From NCBI GenBank assembly GCA_964199315.1, contig OZ116699.1, positions 15,128,001 through 15,192,000 on the forward strand: DNA of 64,000 nt, written 5' to 3'. Origin of the DNA: Orbicella franksi (lineage: Eukaryota). The translations under genes and the position numbers were made by a program. Below the pieces are notes generated by a model that ran no database searches, had not been told where the DNA came from, and saw only the letters and a list, made by a program, of their open reading frames with translations. Positions 61,946-64,000 of the stretch are shown here, piece by piece (the first letter of the stretch is position 1; each line of letters opens with the position of its first letter).

Positions 61946-63099
61946 CCTTCATTCTTTACAATACTTTAAAGCAGTGTAAGAGTCCTTGTCCATTGCTTGT
62001 AAGGTACGCGTCTACAGCCTTTCACAGCCTGCTGGCAAGTTTAAACAAAACAGAAAATGAATGTCTCGCCTTTAATGACGGACGAGCCCTCAAAAAGTCA
62101 GCTTTCCCCAAAACTTGCTACGAATTGATCTCTGTCATCAGTTGCAAATTGACAGTACCCTTGTAAGAGTCACTTGCAGTGTTAGAACAAACAGTTTCTA
62201 TATAATAATGTCCTTTAATCAAACTTAGGGTAACCGATAGGCACAGTCTCCACTCTCCATCCAAAAAACAAAAGCTGGAACGGGAACAGGGTCTACTCAA
62301 TACGTAATACGGATATTCAAAAAAGACACTGTTACAAAATGGCAGTCGATATAGAAAAAAAACTTTTCAAGCAAGGAAAGCAAGGCATAAAACTACACGA
62401 CATAAGGCACCATTATCTGATGGTGTGTCTGTCTGTCCAGGCCAATCGAACAACCTTTCAGCAGCAGTGTGACATCGAGTGATCAGTTTGATTTAGTATG
62501 AAAGATAAAGCGCGGATTAGATAAGGCAGCAACTGTTTTCAAAAATCTTCCCAGGAAGTGGCAGAACAGAAATGCAAAGTAACTTCCCCCAACCCCTCCC
62601 CTTCCCCCATGACCGTGTCTGAAAAAGTGTTGGGTGACAACCCTAATAGCAGCTATGGCTGAAATATAAATCGCAATAAACACAACTGGGAACCAAGTGT
62701 GCCGTAAAGTAACCTGTGTTCTCAAATATTAAATCCAAGCTAGCCATGATCCCACAACATAGACCTGTTTTTATAATAGTTACGACCAAGCCCAAAAAAC
62801 TGCACTCCTCTAACCTCGCTCGAAAATACTGACAAGTTACTAAACACTAACCTGTAGTTTGTGGAACATCATTTCTCCAATGACTGTCTGTCCACGTCAA
62901 TCACCAGAATTTCTCCTAGTCACACAGTAATGCACCAGATTAGCTTCTCACCTGATTACACAAAATTAGATGCCAATTACTTAAATGCGGACATAACTCT
63001 TACTGAGAGGTGGTTTCCACATGTTAAAGACTGTTTCATTGATTTTCGTTCGCCAGATCACAGCCTCGACTGAATCACTTCTAAATATTATTATTTTTA

Positions 63100-63190
63100 A
63101 TCTACTATTTCTTAAGCTTTTGCAATTTTATTTTTGCAGGGCCCCACTGAAAACCACATGTATGTGAAGTGGGCTCCCTGTTGAAAAATC

Positions 63191-63248
<58 letters not shown>
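63100..63248 (+). mobile_element. LINE-like 3' end with an (ATT)n tail
   Basis: cagggccccactgaaaac..gaagtgggctccctg is followed by about 19 TTA units (63192-63248). The microsatellite is certain; the LINE origin is inferred. Confidence 0.45.
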
Positions 63249-63250
<2 letters not shown>

Positions 63251-64000
63251 ATACGGGTAGGTCTAAGCCCTACAATATATAATTTTGTACCAGTTTTAGC
63301 AATTTCCTGGAATTTCGACTGTCATATGGCAAACAACATTGCACACATCTACAGTTAGCACTGCGAATTTACATAACAAGGACAATAAATGCCAACACAG
63401 AACTAGACGTGAGAGAGCGGGCCTCTAAAAAAATTAATTCACTTTATGTAAATTATCTCGAAATTGCCGTTAACTACATTACCTAAACCTAATATTCCTT
63501 TGCGTAGATATTTTTAAAAGTTGAGCAACAGGGAAACTAATCAGACCAGCTACATAAAACACAATAGAGACTGATTAACTTCTCAAGAAGACCTTAAATA
63601 AAACAAATTGCTGACTTACTTCGACGTTCAACGTCCGCGTGTTGTCGGTCATCGTTTCAAAGCAACTTTCTTGCGATGTAATCGTCTCCGCACCATGTCC
63701 GTGAAGTCTCGAACTAATGGACGTCCAACAAGTACGGCAGTATGCAGAAACCCTCAAAGCTGAAAACGTCGACTTGATAGGTTTAACCAAGGCCATATTC
63801 ATTTTTAACATCAACCGTACATTCACTCTCTCTTCATGAAGAGGTGATATCAAAAGTTGAATAAATTAAAATTAATGTGACTGTTCATCTGGGAGGTCCC
63901 GGATAATCTTCTTTTCAAATGCAAGTAATGTATGAAGGACGTTCCCGGAAAAACTTTCCAGTCGATAGAGTTTTTTTAAATTTTTATTTCAGTCAGATAA

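Noticed and set aside
62483-62725. Hydrophobic 80-aa ORF as a membrane protein
   Set aside because: No family motif, and the region resembles the degenerate tcgcagctat-type dispersed repeat also seen near 16540-16870.
63575-63853. 92-aa minus-strand ORF with a gtaagt donor near 63615
   Set aside because: No recognisable homology or in-phase partner exon; other frames contain stops.

Overview
Intron-rich animal genomic DNA, probably a stony coral or other cnidarian (inferred from gene content and repeat style). I built all gene models by eye from the ORF track plus GT-AG sites and exon phases. 1-28.2 kb (+): two tandem ZNFX1 paralogs (UPF1-like SF1 helicase, NF-X1 zinc fingers, RING-like finger, C-terminal RZ-type E3 finger) with matching exon-intron structure. 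Copy 1 begins upstream of the window. It has an extra in-frame phase 1-1 exon (2096-2749) encoding a LamG/concanavalin A-like domain inside the helicase, and an intact RZ finger. Copy 2 lacks that exon and keeps all helicase motifs. Its RZ catalytic-position Cys is replaced by Gly, its tail is truncated, and its NF-X1 fingers are remodelled. 29.5-35.0 kb (-): a DD3-3-like gene with three disabling lesions. 37.3-43.4 kb (-): an intact, very young BEL/Pao LTR retrotransposon. 43.4-64 kb: repeat-rich and gene-poor. It holds LINE ends, two orphan exons of an M17 aminopeptidase, a foldback element, a TTAA-flanked element with ~540-bp TIRs, and a five-unit ~380-bp tandem array that appears to retain exon/micro-intron structure. 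The best candidate for an undescribed system is the ZNFX1 pair: one copy with an integrated lectin-like domain and an active-type E3 finger, next to a copy with a probably dead E3 finger.
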